Below, piece by piece: positions 1 to 9,984 of a stretch of 64,000 nucleotides of DNA; the first letter of the stretch is position 1, and each line of letters starts with the position of its first letter. The stretch is from an uncultured Ignavibacteriales bacterium (GTDB lineage: Bacteria > Zixibacteria > MSB-5A5 > GN15 > FEB-12). The translations under genes were made by a program, and so were the position numbers. A model generated the notes under the pieces. It saw nothing but the letters and a program-made list of their open reading frames with translations, was not told where the DNA came from and made no database searches. Location: positions 71,085 to 135,084 of the forward strand of contig CAZFGK010000001.1 of the NCBI GenBank assembly GCA_964518635.1. Direction: 5' to 3'.

Positions 1-165
1 GAAGTTCAGCGCAACCCGTTCCCTTGTATAGCATTAGGAGAATGCTCCCGCCTACAAACCCTGACCTGTAGTAAGTCTCGGTTTTGCATACCTGAGTCGA
101 GTTGAAGAGAGTTGCAACTTTTCCTGCGTTGCTTTTGACAGCGGACGTTCTGATTCGTTCATTCT

Positions 166-1791
166 TTGCACATGAAAGACAAAGATCGAATCGCTGCAAT
201 TCACTCCCATCCCGGAATAATTCTGATATCTGGAATACTGATAACTCTGTGCTGCATTCTTGTTCTGGCACTTACCGGTTGCGATAAGAAAGAGACTATT
301 AGTGCGAATGGTCCAAGGTTGGGACTTAGCGCGAGTAGTCTGACATTTCAGGCTAGGTTAGGGACAGGCCCAGCTCAGCAGCAGATTCAGGTCAGAAACA
401 TTGGGACCGATCGATTCACCTATACTGTCACCAAGACCAAACCCTGGCTTTCGGTTATTCCGACAGCTGATTCTGTTCCGTCTGAGATCCTGGTGCAGCC
501 GATCATCGGGAGTCTGCCAATCGGGACATATAAAGATACCATCACAGTGACTGCCGCCGGGGCGTTCGGATCACCGGCAAAAATTCCAGTGACTTTCATT
601 GTAGGGGACAGCATTCGGTCGTCGTTTGCGAGTTTGAATGTGAGTGGACTTCTCCATGATGGCTCTTTGAACTCGACTCTGAATTTGCAATCAATCAGTG
701 GTTCGGCATTGCCTCTCACCATCTCGAAGACTTCAAGCTGGCTGTCCCTGAGCGCAACATCTGGAAACACTCCGCTGAATCTTTCGTTGACCTTGAACCC
801 TGCCGGTCAGTCGATCGGCACATTGGTTGATACCATCGTCGTTGCTTCAACAGGAGTCGATCATCAGCCATTGCTTTTGCCCGTTCAATTTTCGATTGTG
901 CCGTGGTTGCCAGTCGGTGTGAATAGTGCGTTTGATATGAGTGAAGTGATACCGCTCGCGGCAGATTCGTTTATTGCAGTCGGCTATGTCCTCGGCGCAA
1001 TAGAACATGTCGGCTGGACATTTCTATCGAACAACGGAGCGAAAAACTGGCTGAGTTCTTTCAATCTTGAACCTGCACTTTTTGCGGATATCCAGATGGT
1101 CACTCGTTCTTTCGGATGGATCGTCGGCGACAGCGCAATGCTTCTTTTCACTTCCAATGGAGGCCAGAACTGGCTTCGGGTCGATCCGGCTTTTCTACCG
1201 GTCGATTCAACGGTAGATTTTCGTTCAGTCAGTTTCGTGAGCGAAACCAACGGATGGGCAGTTGGTGATGAAGGAGCGATTCTGAACACCGTCGATGGCG
1301 GCGCAACCTGGCAGCTGCAACCATCGGGGACGAACCTATTGCTGTCAGATGTCGCTGCTTACTCGACGACTACTGCATGGGCGGTTGGCAATGGCGGGAT
1401 CATCTCGCGGACTACTGATGGCCTGAATTGGGGGCTTGTAAGCAGTGGAACATCGACTGATCTCCGCTCTATTGCCGTTCTCTCTGCTGACTCGTTGATC
1501 GTCACCGGTGGTGGCGGACTCTGTCTCGTTTCCTCAAATGGCGGTGCTAACTGGACACCAAGAACGACAGGAGCATCTTCCCCGCTTCTCGGTATCGCCA
1601 CCGTCGGAAGTGTTATCTGGATCTGTGGTCGAGATGGAGTGATCCTTCGCTCGGAAAATTTTGGTCAGAGTTTTGCTATTGAATCATCAGGTACCTCCAA
1701 TGCCCTGACATCAATCACATTCAACTCGAATGGATATGGAGCAATTGTCGGCGAAGACGGGACGACACTGCGTACCCGTCTTGCTCCGTAG
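166..1791 (+). CDS. Secreted lipoprotein: two Ig/BACON-like beta-sandwich segments followed by a Ycf48/BNR-type beta-propeller
   Basis: 541-aa ORF. Signal peptide with lipobox LALTG|C. The C-terminal half carries repeated blade motifs (SNGGQNW, VDGGATW, TTDGLNW, SNGGANW, SENFGQSF). Start is at 166 or 172. Confidence 0.75.
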   Translation: MHMKDKDRIAAIHSHPGIILISGILITLCCILVLALTGCDKKETISANGPRLGLSASSLTFQARLGTGPAQQQIQVRNIGTDRFTYTVTKTKPWLSVIPTADSVPSEILVQPIIGSLPIGTYKDTITVTAAGAFGSPAKIPVTFIVGDSIRSSFASLNVSGLLHDGSLNSTLNLQSISGSALPLTISKTSSWLSLSATSGNTPLNLSLTLNPAGQSIGTLVDTIVVASTGVDHQPLLLPVQFSIVPWLPVGVNSAFDMSEVIPLAADSFIAVGYVLGAIEHVGWTFLSNNGAKNWLSSFNLEPALFADIQMVTRSFGWIVGDSAMLLFTSNGGQNWLRVDPAFLPVDSTVDFRSVSFVSETNGWAVGDEGAILNTVDGGATWQLQPSGTNLLLSDVAAYSTTTAWAVGNGGIISRTTDGLNWGLVSSGTSTDLRSIAVLSADSLIVTGGGGLCLVSSNGGANWTPRTTGASSPLLGIATVGSVIWICGRDGVILRSENFGQSFAIESSGTSNALTSITFNSNGYGAIVGEDGTTLRTRLAP

Positions 1792-1816
1792 ATTCACTCC
1801 TGCTCAATACTGCTGA

Positions 1817-2902
1817 TCAATCGATCCAGTCGGCGATAAAGATATTGGTTTCGCCTCGGACTTTCCCGTTTCGATTCGATGCAAAGACCAGTTTCTTTCC
1901 GTCATGAGAGAACATCGGGAAACCATCAAAGGTGTCATTGTAGGTAACCTGTTCGATCTTTTTCGTCGCAACATCGACCATGAAGAGATCGAAGTTTCTG
2001 CCTCGTGCATCTTTTACATTTGACGAGAAAATCACCCGCTTGCCGTCCGGGTGGAAGAAGGGACCAAAATTAGCGGCACCATTTGAAGTGAGTTGCAACG
2101 GCTTTCGATCCTTCAGATTCATGACATAGATTTCCAGATCACGCGGACGAACCAACCCGTCGGCAAGTAGTGTCTGAAACTCTTTGAGTGAATCGCCGGT
2201 CGGACGGGATGCCCGCCAGACAATCCATTCTCCGTCAAATGAGTAGAATGCACCGCCGTCATAGCCGGGGGTGTTGGTAAGCTGTTCGACATTCGAGCCA
2301 TCGGCATTCATCTGATAGAGATCGAGATCACCGTTGCGAACCGAGGTGAAGAGAATCTTATCCCCTTTACGAGAGTAGACTGCTTCTGCATCGTATCCGG
2401 GCGTGGTGGTAAGCGGACGAATGTTGGAGCCGTCCGGATTTGCGGCGTAGATATCAAAGTCCTTGTAGACTGCCCAGACATATCCCTTCGACATGTCCGG
2501 CGGTGGAGGACAACTTTCTCCACCCGAATGGGTGCTGGCATAGATGATAGTCTTCCCGTCCGGTGACAGAAATGAACAGGTCGTGCGCCCTTTGCCGGAA
2601 GAGACCATCCGAACGTTAGAGCCGTCGATATTCATCCGAAAGATCGCATCACATTGCAGTGAGTCGCGTGTCGACTGAAAAATCAGCTCTTTGCTGTCTG
2701 ATGAAAAGTATGCCTCGGCGTTTTGACCGCCGAAAGTCAGTTGCGTAATATTTGAAAGATGTGTTTCGGCTGGAGCCGGAGTCGAATCAACAGCCGGTTT
2801 GCTGGCATGCTCCTGCGCTGAGAGATCCAAGCTTGCAGCGGTAATGAACAATCCTGTGACAAGGAGTGTCTTTTGTATACGAGTGAGTAGGGCTTTATGC
2901 AT
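1817..2902 (-). CDS. Periplasmic PD40/TolB-like beta-propeller protein
   Basis: Repeated PD40-type motifs (SPDGKTIIYAS, NPDGSNIRPLT, NADGSNVEQLT, HPDGKRVIFSS, SHDGKKLVFASNR). I trimmed the start to Met-11 (cat at 2900-2902), which gives a signal peptide MHKALLTRIQKTLLVTGLFITAASL. Confidence 0.8.
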   Translation of the reverse strand: MHKALLTRIQKTLLVTGLFITAASLDLSAQEHASKPAVDSTPAPAETHLSNITQLTFGGQNAEAYFSSDSKELIFQSTRDSLQCDAIFRMNIDGSNVRMVSSGKGRTTCSFLSPDGKTIIYASTHSGGESCPPPPDMSKGYVWAVYKDFDIYAANPDGSNIRPLTTTPGYDAEAVYSRKGDKILFTSVRNGDLDLYQMNADGSNVEQLTNTPGYDGGAFYSFDGEWIVWRASRPTGDSLKEFQTLLADGLVRPRDLEIYVMNLKDRKPLQLTSNGAANFGPFFHPDGKRVIFSSNVKDARGRNFDLFMVDVATKKIEQVTYNDTFDGFPMFSHDGKKLVFASNRNGKVRGETNIFIADWID

Positions 2903-2982
2903 CTGAATACCAGTTCCTTTTCCTTCAACCATATCGGTTCTACGACATCATGGCAAAATGGTTCGCGAGAATCAAGAGAGAA

Positions 2983-5900
2983 TCAAGAGACCCCTAACGG
3001 TACGGAGGGTACGCTTGCCACCAGCGCCTGGATCAATGAAGCAAGATGAGGTATCTGCTCGTAGAGTGGCAATTTGGTGAGATTGGCTGATAAGACTGTC
3101 GCCCCAGTAAATGAATATTCAAGCGGGACCGTCGTTGCTCTGTGTATGGCGGCGATCATCTCACGGGTGAGTTTTGCTCCATCAACAAACTGCAATCCGG
3201 CGCGACCGTCTCGTACTCGCACTTTCGCAATTTTTGCCGCAGTCGAGACAATTTTTAACGCGGCGACATCAAAGAGATTCTGTGACGACTCAGGGAGTTT
3301 CCCGAAACGATCACGCACCTCTTCACGCAACAACGACACGTCCTCCGGTTTTTCTGCATCAGCCAAACGCCGGTAAATATCGACTCGCTGCTGACTATCC
3401 GGGATGTAGCTATCCGGAAGATGCATCTCCAGATCGATATCAAGCTTGAGATCCGAGCGGCGATGAATCTCCTCCCCTTTAAGTGCAGCAATTTTCTCTT
3501 CTAACATGCGTGTATAGAGTTCAAAACCGATCTCTTCAATATGCCCCGACTGTTTCTTCCCCAGAAGATTTCCCGCCCCACGAATTTCAAGATCACGCAT
3601 GGCGAGGGCAAAGCCCGCGCCGAGATTGGAGTGGGCTTCGAGAGCGCGAAGCCGTTTCATAGCATCCAATGTAAGCATGCGGGTCGGTGGGGTGAGAAAG
3701 TAGGCATAGGCACGGCGTGAACTTCGTCCAACTCTTCCGCGCAATTGATACAACTGGGCAAGACCGAATCGATCGGCGCGATTGATGATGATGGTATTGG
3801 CATTCGGAATATCAAGCCCCGACTCGATAATAGTTGTAGTAAGCAGGATATTGAATCGCCCAGCCATGAAAGCGAGCATGACCTCTTCCATCCCTTTTTC
3901 ATGCATCTGTCCATGGGCGATGACAATCTCCGCTTTGGGGACAATCGATTTGAGATACTCATACATCGATTCGATGGTCTGCACCCGATTGTGCACAAAG
4001 AAGACCTGTCCGCCACGATCAATTTCACGCAGGATGGCATTGCGCACAATTTCCGGATCAAATTCGACCACCTCTGTAATGATCGGCAAACGATCTTTCG
4101 GCGACGTTGCAATCAAGCTCAGATCACGCACGCCAGTGAGTGACATGTGGAGCGTCCGCGGAATCGGCGTGGCAGTCATCGCCATCGTGTCAATCGAGCT
4201 TCGCAGAGAGCGAATAGTCTCTTTGTGACGAACTCCGAAGCGATGTTCTTCATCGATGATCAACAACCCGAGGTTACGAAATTTAACATCGGATGAAAGC
4301 AATCGATGGGTGCCGATCACCATGTCGATCTGACCAGCGGCAAGCTGACTCAACACGACTTTTTGATCTTTTGGCTGCACAAAACGGGAGAGCTGCGCGA
4401 TCTTTGCCCCGAATGGAGAAAGTCGTTCGGAGAATGTTTCAAAATGCTGCTGCGCGAGAATTGTTGTCGGGACGAGTAACGCCACTTGTTTCCCCGCATC
4501 GATCATTTTGAATGCCGCTCTGATTGCGACTTCGGTCTTTCCGAATCCAACATCACCGCAGACCAACCGATCCATCGGGCGATCCTGCGAAAAATCAGCG
4601 CGGACATCGGCAATCGCCTTAAGCTGATCAGTTGTTTCTTCATAGGGAAATGATGACTCCAGTTGTTTAACAAAAATGGAGTCATCTCCGAGTGGTGGGC
4701 GTTTACTTGCGTAACGCTTGGCGTAGATCCCCAATAACTCCTGCGCCATGGCATCGACTGCTTTCTCTGCCTTGGCCTTGAGCTTCTCCCATTGAGGACC
4801 GCCAAGTTTTGTCAGCGGAGGGGCTGCTTCGTTTCCGGCGTACTTTCCTACACGGTTAAATTCTTCGAGTGGAACATAGACTTTGTCGGTACTGGCAAAT
4901 TGCAGGAGAAGACAATCCCGTCTCCGGTTGTCAATATGCAGCGTTTCGAGTCCGAGATAGCGCGCGATGCCGTAATCTTCGTGAACAACCAGATTTCCCG
5001 GATCAAGCTGATGATAATCTTCAATCGCGACCCCTTCACGGAATCGTTTCTTTCGGATGCGCCGGTGATGTCGCTGAAAAATCTCATGATCGGTGTAGAG
5101 CGCGAATCTCCCGTCATCGGAGGCAAAGCCAGCAGTAAAATCAGCGACGACAATGGGAAGTTGCTCGGTGATCTGAATTCCTGCTTTGTTCGAAAGCAGG
5201 TCGCTGAGACGTTCGGCAAGTCCGCTGTAATCGGCGGTGAGGATGTAGAGGTAGCCATCCGATTCGAATCGCTCGATTTCTTTCCCCAATAAATCTAGCC
5301 GTGAACTGAGTGTCGGTTGTGGTTTGAAATCAAACGGAATAACGGTCCGGCTACTCCCTTTGAAGGGAACACTGTCGATAAGTGGGCTATTACCGAGCCA
5401 TGATTCGAATGTATCCCATGTGAGATAGTAGGATTCCGGATCAGGAAGTGATGAAAACCGATCTCGCAGTTTTCCATGAAGCAAGCGGCCTTCATCAAGG
5501 ATCGACGCGAATTCCTCTTCGAGGCGGCGATGATCGGTCACGTATGTCCATGCCGGATGCTCAAGAAAGTCAGTCATCCTTCCCTGCGGCATGCCGAATA
5601 GCAGAGAGAGCCATTCCAGTCCGGGAAGCTCTGGATCATTCACATAGCGTGCCTGCAACAATTCGGCATCGGCGGCTGGAATCCGATCGAGAAAATATTC
5701 GAGCTCTTTCTGCGTGAGAGTGATCTCACGTTTGGGGAGAAGATTGACCGTGCGTAGTGTTTCGGTTGTCCGCTGCGTGGCGACATCAAAACCGCGGAGT
5801 GATTCAATCTCATCTCCGAAAAACTCAACTCGAACGGGGGCTTCAAAACCGGGAGAGAAAAAATCCAGCACTCCGCCACGACGAGCGAAATCACCGACCT

Positions 5901-6471
5901 CTTCGACCAATGGCACCCGTCGAAAACCAAGATCGGCAAAATGATCGATGAGTAAATCCATGTCGTACTCGTCACCAATAGAAAGACTGAGAGATCGCTT
6001 TTCAAGGGAAGTGCGAGTGATCGTCGGTTCGAGTATCGCACGAAGGGGGGCAACAATGATCGGGGGCTCTGAAGCATTCCCGGCGCGGGTGAGCATCGAG
6101 AGAGCCGCCAAGCGTTGTCCGATGATCTCCCCTTGTGGCGGGCGAAAATCGAAGGGGAGAATCTGACGAGCCGGATAGTGTGCGACTCGGTCACCCAGGA
6201 GAATGCGAAGATCATCCGACAGATCAACCGCCTCATCCGGCGAAGCAGTGATGATTAGTGCGGGTCTGGAAGCAGTCTTGGCGAGTTCGGCGATAAGAAA
6301 GGAAGCAGAGGAGCCAGCAAGGCCGCTGACTATTGTCCGCTTTTCGTTGCGGCTGACTGCCTGACAGAGATCGATGGTTGGTTGAAAATTGGCAAAAGAA
6401 AGCCGGAAACGATCAAGAAATTCCTGACCGCCGCGTCTGGTATCTGATGAAAGACGTGCTTCGTTCGGCAT
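2983..6471 (-). CDS. mfd: Transcription-repair coupling factor Mfd
   Basis: 1162 aa, the typical Mfd length. Superfamily-2 helicase motifs GDVGFGKTEVAIRAAFK and IIDEEHRFGV. A CarD-like segment (GNLVVHEDYGIARYLG) precedes the helicase core. Confidence 0.95.
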   Translation of the reverse strand: MPNEARLSSDTRRGGQEFLDRFRLSFANFQPTIDLCQAVSRNEKRTIVSGLAGSSASFLIAELAKTASRPALIITASPDEAVDLSDDLRILLGDRVAHYPARQILPFDFRPPQGEIIGQRLAALSMLTRAGNASEPPIIVAPLRAILEPTITRTSLEKRSLSLSIGDEYDMDLLIDHFADLGFRRVPLVEEVGDFARRGGVLDFFSPGFEAPVRVEFFGDEIESLRGFDVATQRTTETLRTVNLLPKREITLTQKELEYFLDRIPAADAELLQARYVNDPELPGLEWLSLLFGMPQGRMTDFLEHPAWTYVTDHRRLEEEFASILDEGRLLHGKLRDRFSSLPDPESYYLTWDTFESWLGNSPLIDSVPFKGSSRTVIPFDFKPQPTLSSRLDLLGKEIERFESDGYLYILTADYSGLAERLSDLLSNKAGIQITEQLPIVVADFTAGFASDDGRFALYTDHEIFQRHHRRIRKKRFREGVAIEDYHQLDPGNLVVHEDYGIARYLGLETLHIDNRRRDCLLLQFASTDKVYVPLEEFNRVGKYAGNEAAPPLTKLGGPQWEKLKAKAEKAVDAMAQELLGIYAKRYASKRPPLGDDSIFVKQLESSFPYEETTDQLKAIADVRADFSQDRPMDRLVCGDVGFGKTEVAIRAAFKMIDAGKQVALLVPTTILAQQHFETFSERLSPFGAKIAQLSRFVQPKDQKVVLSQLAAGQIDMVIGTHRLLSSDVKFRNLGLLIIDEEHRFGVRHKETIRSLRSSIDTMAMTATPIPRTLHMSLTGVRDLSLIATSPKDRLPIITEVVEFDPEIVRNAILREIDRGGQVFFVHNRVQTIESMYEYLKSIVPKAEIVIAHGQMHEKGMEEVMLAFMAGRFNILLTTTIIESGLDIPNANTIIINRADRFGLAQLYQLRGRVGRSSRRAYAYFLTPPTRMLTLDAMKRLRALEAHSNLGAGFALAMRDLEIRGAGNLLGKKQSGHIEEIGFELYTRMLEEKIAALKGEEIHRRSDLKLDIDLEMHLPDSYIPDSQQRVDIYRRLADAEKPEDVSLLREEVRDRFGKLPESSQNLFDVAALKIVSTAAKIAKVRVRDGRAGLQFVDGAKLTREMIAAIHRATTVPLEYSFTGATVLSANLTKLPLYEQIPHLASLIQALVASVPSVPLGVS

Positions 6472-6617
6472 CCAGCGACTTCACCACTGCGCTGCAGCAG
6501 TGAAGTGATCAGGATACGCATCCACAACGTAAAGTCAATCACGTCGTGGATAGGGGTGAGCTGCACGTCTAGAGTATTAATTTGGAATTGAGAGAGATTC
6601 TGCAGGGTATGAACGGA

Positions 6618-7523
6618 CTACGGATGGGACGGATCAACAGCCGGCTCAACTATAACTGGCTGCTCCACCTGCGTGCTGCCGGCATCCGTTTGAGCCAGAC
6701 GGATTTCGTCGTAGCGGTTCTCGGCATCTTTGTAGAGGACGATGATACTCACCCGGCGGTTGCGCGGGTCTTCCGGCAAATAGGCGATCATCGGGAATCG
6801 GTCAGCAAGCCCGCGCACTTCACGCACCTGAAGATCATACAAGCCGGAGACTTCCATCAGTGAACGGGCGGCATTGGCGCGATCGGATGACAACTCCCAG
6901 TTGGTGTAGTCATCGAATCCTGTCGGCGATTCGGAGGTGTGCCCTTCGAGGACGACACGATTTTCCAGTTTGCCGAGTTGCCCGGCGATAATCTGAAGAA
7001 TGATCGCGCTTTTCTGTAAAAGTTTTGCTGAACCCGATTCGAAGAATGCCGGGGCATCAGTCGATTCGGTCAACTCTATACGGAGCCCTTCGGCAGTGAC
7101 TTCAATTTTGATATTCTCACGCAGACGCTGAAATGCTTCCTGCTTTTCAAGCTCGGCGAGCAGCTCTTTCGCTGCCATGCGCATACGTTCTTTGTCCCCA
7201 TCATCAGACGGAGCTTTTTCTGATTGCTTGACTGACTCGATCATGGAGAGCTGAGGTTGATTTTGCGGGATTGCACCCTGCCCACCTCGAAGCACGCCGG
7301 ACTGCCCTTCTCGCATGTATTTCCCCGGATCACGGAAAAATCCCTGCACTGCTTCCTTCACTTCCGGCTTCTGACCCACAAGCCACATCACCAGAAAGAA
7401 CGCCATCATCGCGGTCATGAAGTCAGCAAAGGCAACTTTCCATGCGCCGCCGTGATGGCCGCCGTGGTGGCCACCCTTCTTCTTCTTGATGATGATCGGT
7501 TGCAGCTCTTTGGAGTCGGCCAT
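6618..7523 (-). CDS. motB: Flagellar motor stator protein MotB (OmpA-like C-terminal domain)
   Basis: N-terminus KKKKGGHHGGHHGGAWKVAFADFMTAMMAFFLVMWL is the canonical MotB TM/plug region. The C-terminus has an OmpA-type peptidoglycan-binding region (NWELSSDRANAARSLM). It lies 11 nt downstream of motA. Confidence 0.9.
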   Translation of the reverse strand: MADSKELQPIIIKKKKGGHHGGHHGGAWKVAFADFMTAMMAFFLVMWLVGQKPEVKEAVQGFFRDPGKYMREGQSGVLRGGQGAIPQNQPQLSMIESVKQSEKAPSDDGDKERMRMAAKELLAELEKQEAFQRLRENIKIEVTAEGLRIELTESTDAPAFFESGSAKLLQKSAIILQIIAGQLGKLENRVVLEGHTSESPTGFDDYTNWELSSDRANAARSLMEVSGLYDLQVREVRGLADRFPMIAYLPEDPRNRRVSIIVLYKDAENRYDEIRLAQTDAGSTQVEQPVIVEPAVDPSHP

Positions 7524-7534
7524 CGTTATGCCGT

Positions 7535-8392
7535 CTAGCGTTTCTTCGAGTCGTTGCAGGCCTTTTCAAGCTCGGCGAAATCAGGGCGGACATCCCCGCT
7601 CAGTGCACGTCGCGCAAACTCAACGGCAATCACGCCGGCGACCCCTTTGTGAAAGGAGAGCAGGGCCTGTTTCATGCAGAGATAGTACTGATGATTTTCA
7701 TTGATACGATGAGCAAGTGCCGCAGCGAGTGGACCGACGAAACCATATGACATAAGAATACCGAGGAAGGTACCGACAAGTGCGGCAGCGACTTTGTGAC
7801 CAATCTCTTCCGGCGGACCACCAATGGAGGCCATGGTGATTACTACTCCAAGAACGGCGGCAACAATTCCAAGACCGGGAAAGGCATCCGCCACAGAACT
7901 GAGAGCCTGTGAGGGTTTGAGCTCGGCATCATGATGCACCGCCATGTCCCCTTCCATGAGGTCATCCAGATCATGCGGCTGCACTGATCCGGAGATAACG
8001 ACACGCATGGTGTCAGTGAAGAAATCGACGGCGTGATGGTTCTTGAGAAATTTGGGATAGCGTTTGAAAATTTCAGATTCTTTCGGACGTTCGATATGCC
8101 CTTCCAGACCTACGAGACCATCTTTACGGGCGACGTTAAAAATTTCATACATCATGACCAACAGATCGAGGAAGTCTTTCTTGGCGAGTCCGCCACCCAT
8201 AACGGCGGTAATCTGACCAATGAGCTGGGTGATGACCTTGAAGGGAGTAGCGATAAGCATCGCGCCAAGAGCAGCGCCGCAGATGATGATCACCTCGCTC
8301 GGTTGCCAGAGAGCAAGCGGCTGACCGCCGTGCATCATGAACCCGCCCATTACCGAGCCGATCACTACGATTCCGCCGATGAAGATAAACAT
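7535..8392 (-). CDS. motA: Flagellar motor stator protein MotA
   Basis: Collinear similarity to E. coli MotA throughout (MFIFIGGIVVIGSVMGGFMMHGG..., PGLGIVAAVLGVV, ALVGTFLGILMSYGF, IAVEFARR). The start is placed at Met-63 of the track ORF (cat 8390-8392). The upstream 62 codons show no MotA similarity. Confidence 0.9.
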   Translation of the reverse strand: MFIFIGGIVVIGSVMGGFMMHGGQPLALWQPSEVIIICGAALGAMLIATPFKVITQLIGQITAVMGGGLAKKDFLDLLVMMYEIFNVARKDGLVGLEGHIERPKESEIFKRYPKFLKNHHAVDFFTDTMRVVISGSVQPHDLDDLMEGDMAVHHDAELKPSQALSSVADAFPGLGIVAAVLGVVITMASIGGPPEEIGHKVAAALVGTFLGILMSYGFVGPLAAALAHRINENHQYYLCMKQALLSFHKGVAGVIAVEFARRALSGDVRPDFAELEKACNDSKKR

Positions 8393-8475
8393 GGTCTGAC
8401 GTTTCCTTGTCGTTCCTGTAAACCGAGTCGCAGGGCTGATCGGTTCTGTTTCGTGGTGAGAATCCGTTGATGTCT

Positions 8476-8483
8476 GTATCGGC
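8476..8483 (-). promoter_or_regulatory. Candidate sigma-28 (FliA) -10 element upstream of motAB
   Basis: The minus strand reads GCCGATAC, 7/8 to the GCCGATAA consensus, about 84 nt upstream of the motA ATG. The -35 (TAAA) is poor, with GTAG at the expected spacing. Confidence 0.3.
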
Positions 8484-8566
8484 AGATACTGGGATCGACT
8501 ACAGGGGAAGGGTTCGACTTTACGAATTTCGTTTCGCTCTGAAACAACACCTGCTACTTTACCAGC

Positions 8567-9949
8567 ATGCGTAACCATCTTTTCTCTGACTCGCGGCTTT
8601 CTCTGAAACGAATGGGAATTGTAGCTTCACTCGTGACACTTGGCTTTGGCTGGTTACTCGCTCCCGATGGATTCGCGGCAAGTGTTGGAACTGCGCCACT
8701 TGGAGATTCATTGCCGGAGATACTGGTTGCCCTCGTGGTGGTCCTCTTTGCTGCGAAACTTGGCGGACATCTTTTCGAACGTCTCTCCATGCCCGCAGTT
8801 CTCGGCGAGCTTCTCTTCGGCATTCTCATCGGGAACGCGGTCCTCGTTGGCGTTGACCTGTTCGAGCCGCTGAAAGAATCGCATGTCTTGAAAATACTCG
8901 CCGAGCTCGGCGTAATTCTGCTCCTTTTTCAAGTCGGACTGGAATCGACTGTTCGAGAGATGGCGAAAGTCGGCTGGGTTTCCTTTCTGGTTGCAGCTCT
9001 TGGGGCGGCTCTCCCCTTTCTCCTCGGATATTTCGTCAGTCTCTGGTGGTTTCCCGAAGAATCGATTTATAAGCACCTCTTTCTTGGCGCGACACTCACT
9101 GCGACATCGGTCGGTATCACAGCGCGAGTGATCAAGGATATCGGGCTGCTCAAATCACCCGAAGCACGCATCATCCTCGGCGCAGCTGTTATTGATGATA
9201 TTCTTGGACTGATTATTCTTGCGACGGTTTCCGGAATGATCACCGTTGCCAGTGCTGGCGGGAATGCCGGAGTCGACCTGATGACGGTGCTGGTGATCAG
9301 CGGTAAGGCCGCGGCCTTTCTGCTTGGGGCGGTTGTTCTCGGCGGATGGATTCTGCCACGAACCTATCTTGCTGCAGCCAGTTTACGTGGCAACGGGGTC
9401 TTGTTGGTCACGACCCTCGTGATCTGTTTTCTCTTCGCCTGGCTGTCTCACCTTGCCGGACTCGCTCCAATTGTTGGTGCATTTGCGGCAGGATTGGTGC
9501 TGGAGGATGTGCATCTCAAGCCGTTTGTGGAAAATGAAAAAACTGAAGCCGATACCAGTCTTGAGCATCTCGTTGAACCGGTCACACAACTGCTCACTCC
9601 AATTTTTTTCGTCAGTATGGGTTTGATGGTCGATCTGCGCGCGCTTGCACAGCCCGGAGTGATCAGCTTTGCGCTGTTGTTGACACTCGTCGCGGTGATC
9701 GGCAAGCAGGCCTGCTCACTCGGGGTCTGGGATAAGTCGATCAATCGCCTCGCGATCGGGCTGGGGATGATTCCACGCGGTGAAGTTGGGTTGATCTTTG
9801 CCGGAATAGGTGCGACTTTGTATCTGAACGGACAGCCGGTCATTCCGCCGACCACCTATTCGGCGGTTATTGTCATGGTTATGCTCACGACTTTGATGAC
9901 CCCGCCATTGTTGCGCTGGTCATTGTTTCGTACGCAAAAAGAAAAATAG
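8567..9949 (+). CDS. Cation:proton antiporter (CPA2/Kef-NapA type, Na_H_Exchanger family)
   Basis: 460-aa polytopic membrane ORF with about 12 hydrophobic segments and typical CPA motifs (LGELLFGILIGN, ILLLFQVGLES, IPRGEVGLIFA). An alternative start is Met-16 (8612). Confidence 0.85.
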   Translation: MRNHLFSDSRLSLKRMGIVASLVTLGFGWLLAPDGFAASVGTAPLGDSLPEILVALVVVLFAAKLGGHLFERLSMPAVLGELLFGILIGNAVLVGVDLFEPLKESHVLKILAELGVILLLFQVGLESTVREMAKVGWVSFLVAALGAALPFLLGYFVSLWWFPEESIYKHLFLGATLTATSVGITARVIKDIGLLKSPEARIILGAAVIDDILGLIILATVSGMITVASAGGNAGVDLMTVLVISGKAAAFLLGAVVLGGWILPRTYLAAASLRGNGVLLVTTLVICFLFAWLSHLAGLAPIVGAFAAGLVLEDVHLKPFVENEKTEADTSLEHLVEPVTQLLTPIFFVSMGLMVDLRALAQPGVISFALLLTLVAVIGKQACSLGVWDKSINRLAIGLGMIPRGEVGLIFAGIGATLYLNGQPVIPPTTYSAVIVMVMLTTLMTPPLLRWSLFRTQKEK

Positions 9950-9984
9950 ATCAATAGACATAGTAGCTGCAGGTTGAGGAACAA

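Noticed and set aside
2966-2987. Tandem duplication GAATCAAGAGA x2 at the mfd stop codon.
   Set aside because: Only two copies of an 11-mer are present. Most likely this is a slippage scar with no evident function.
3074-6236. Many 60-200-codon ORFs on both strands inside mfd (for example 3657..4112, 3745..4143, 4792..5292, 5640..6236).
   Set aside because: They overlap a 1162-aa frame with unmistakable Mfd motifs, have no recognisable motifs themselves, and look like the usual shadow ORFs of a moderately GC-rich gene.
8393-8578. N-terminal extensions of several track ORFs (motA 8393-8578, Prx 19337-19399, PQQ protein 24775-24921, zf-TFIIB 33809-33859, OMP 61576-61827, MBL 41030-41146, and others).
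   Set aside because: Homology or signal peptides begin at internal Met/GTG codons that have better RBS context. The extensions overlap divergent promoters or neighbouring genes.
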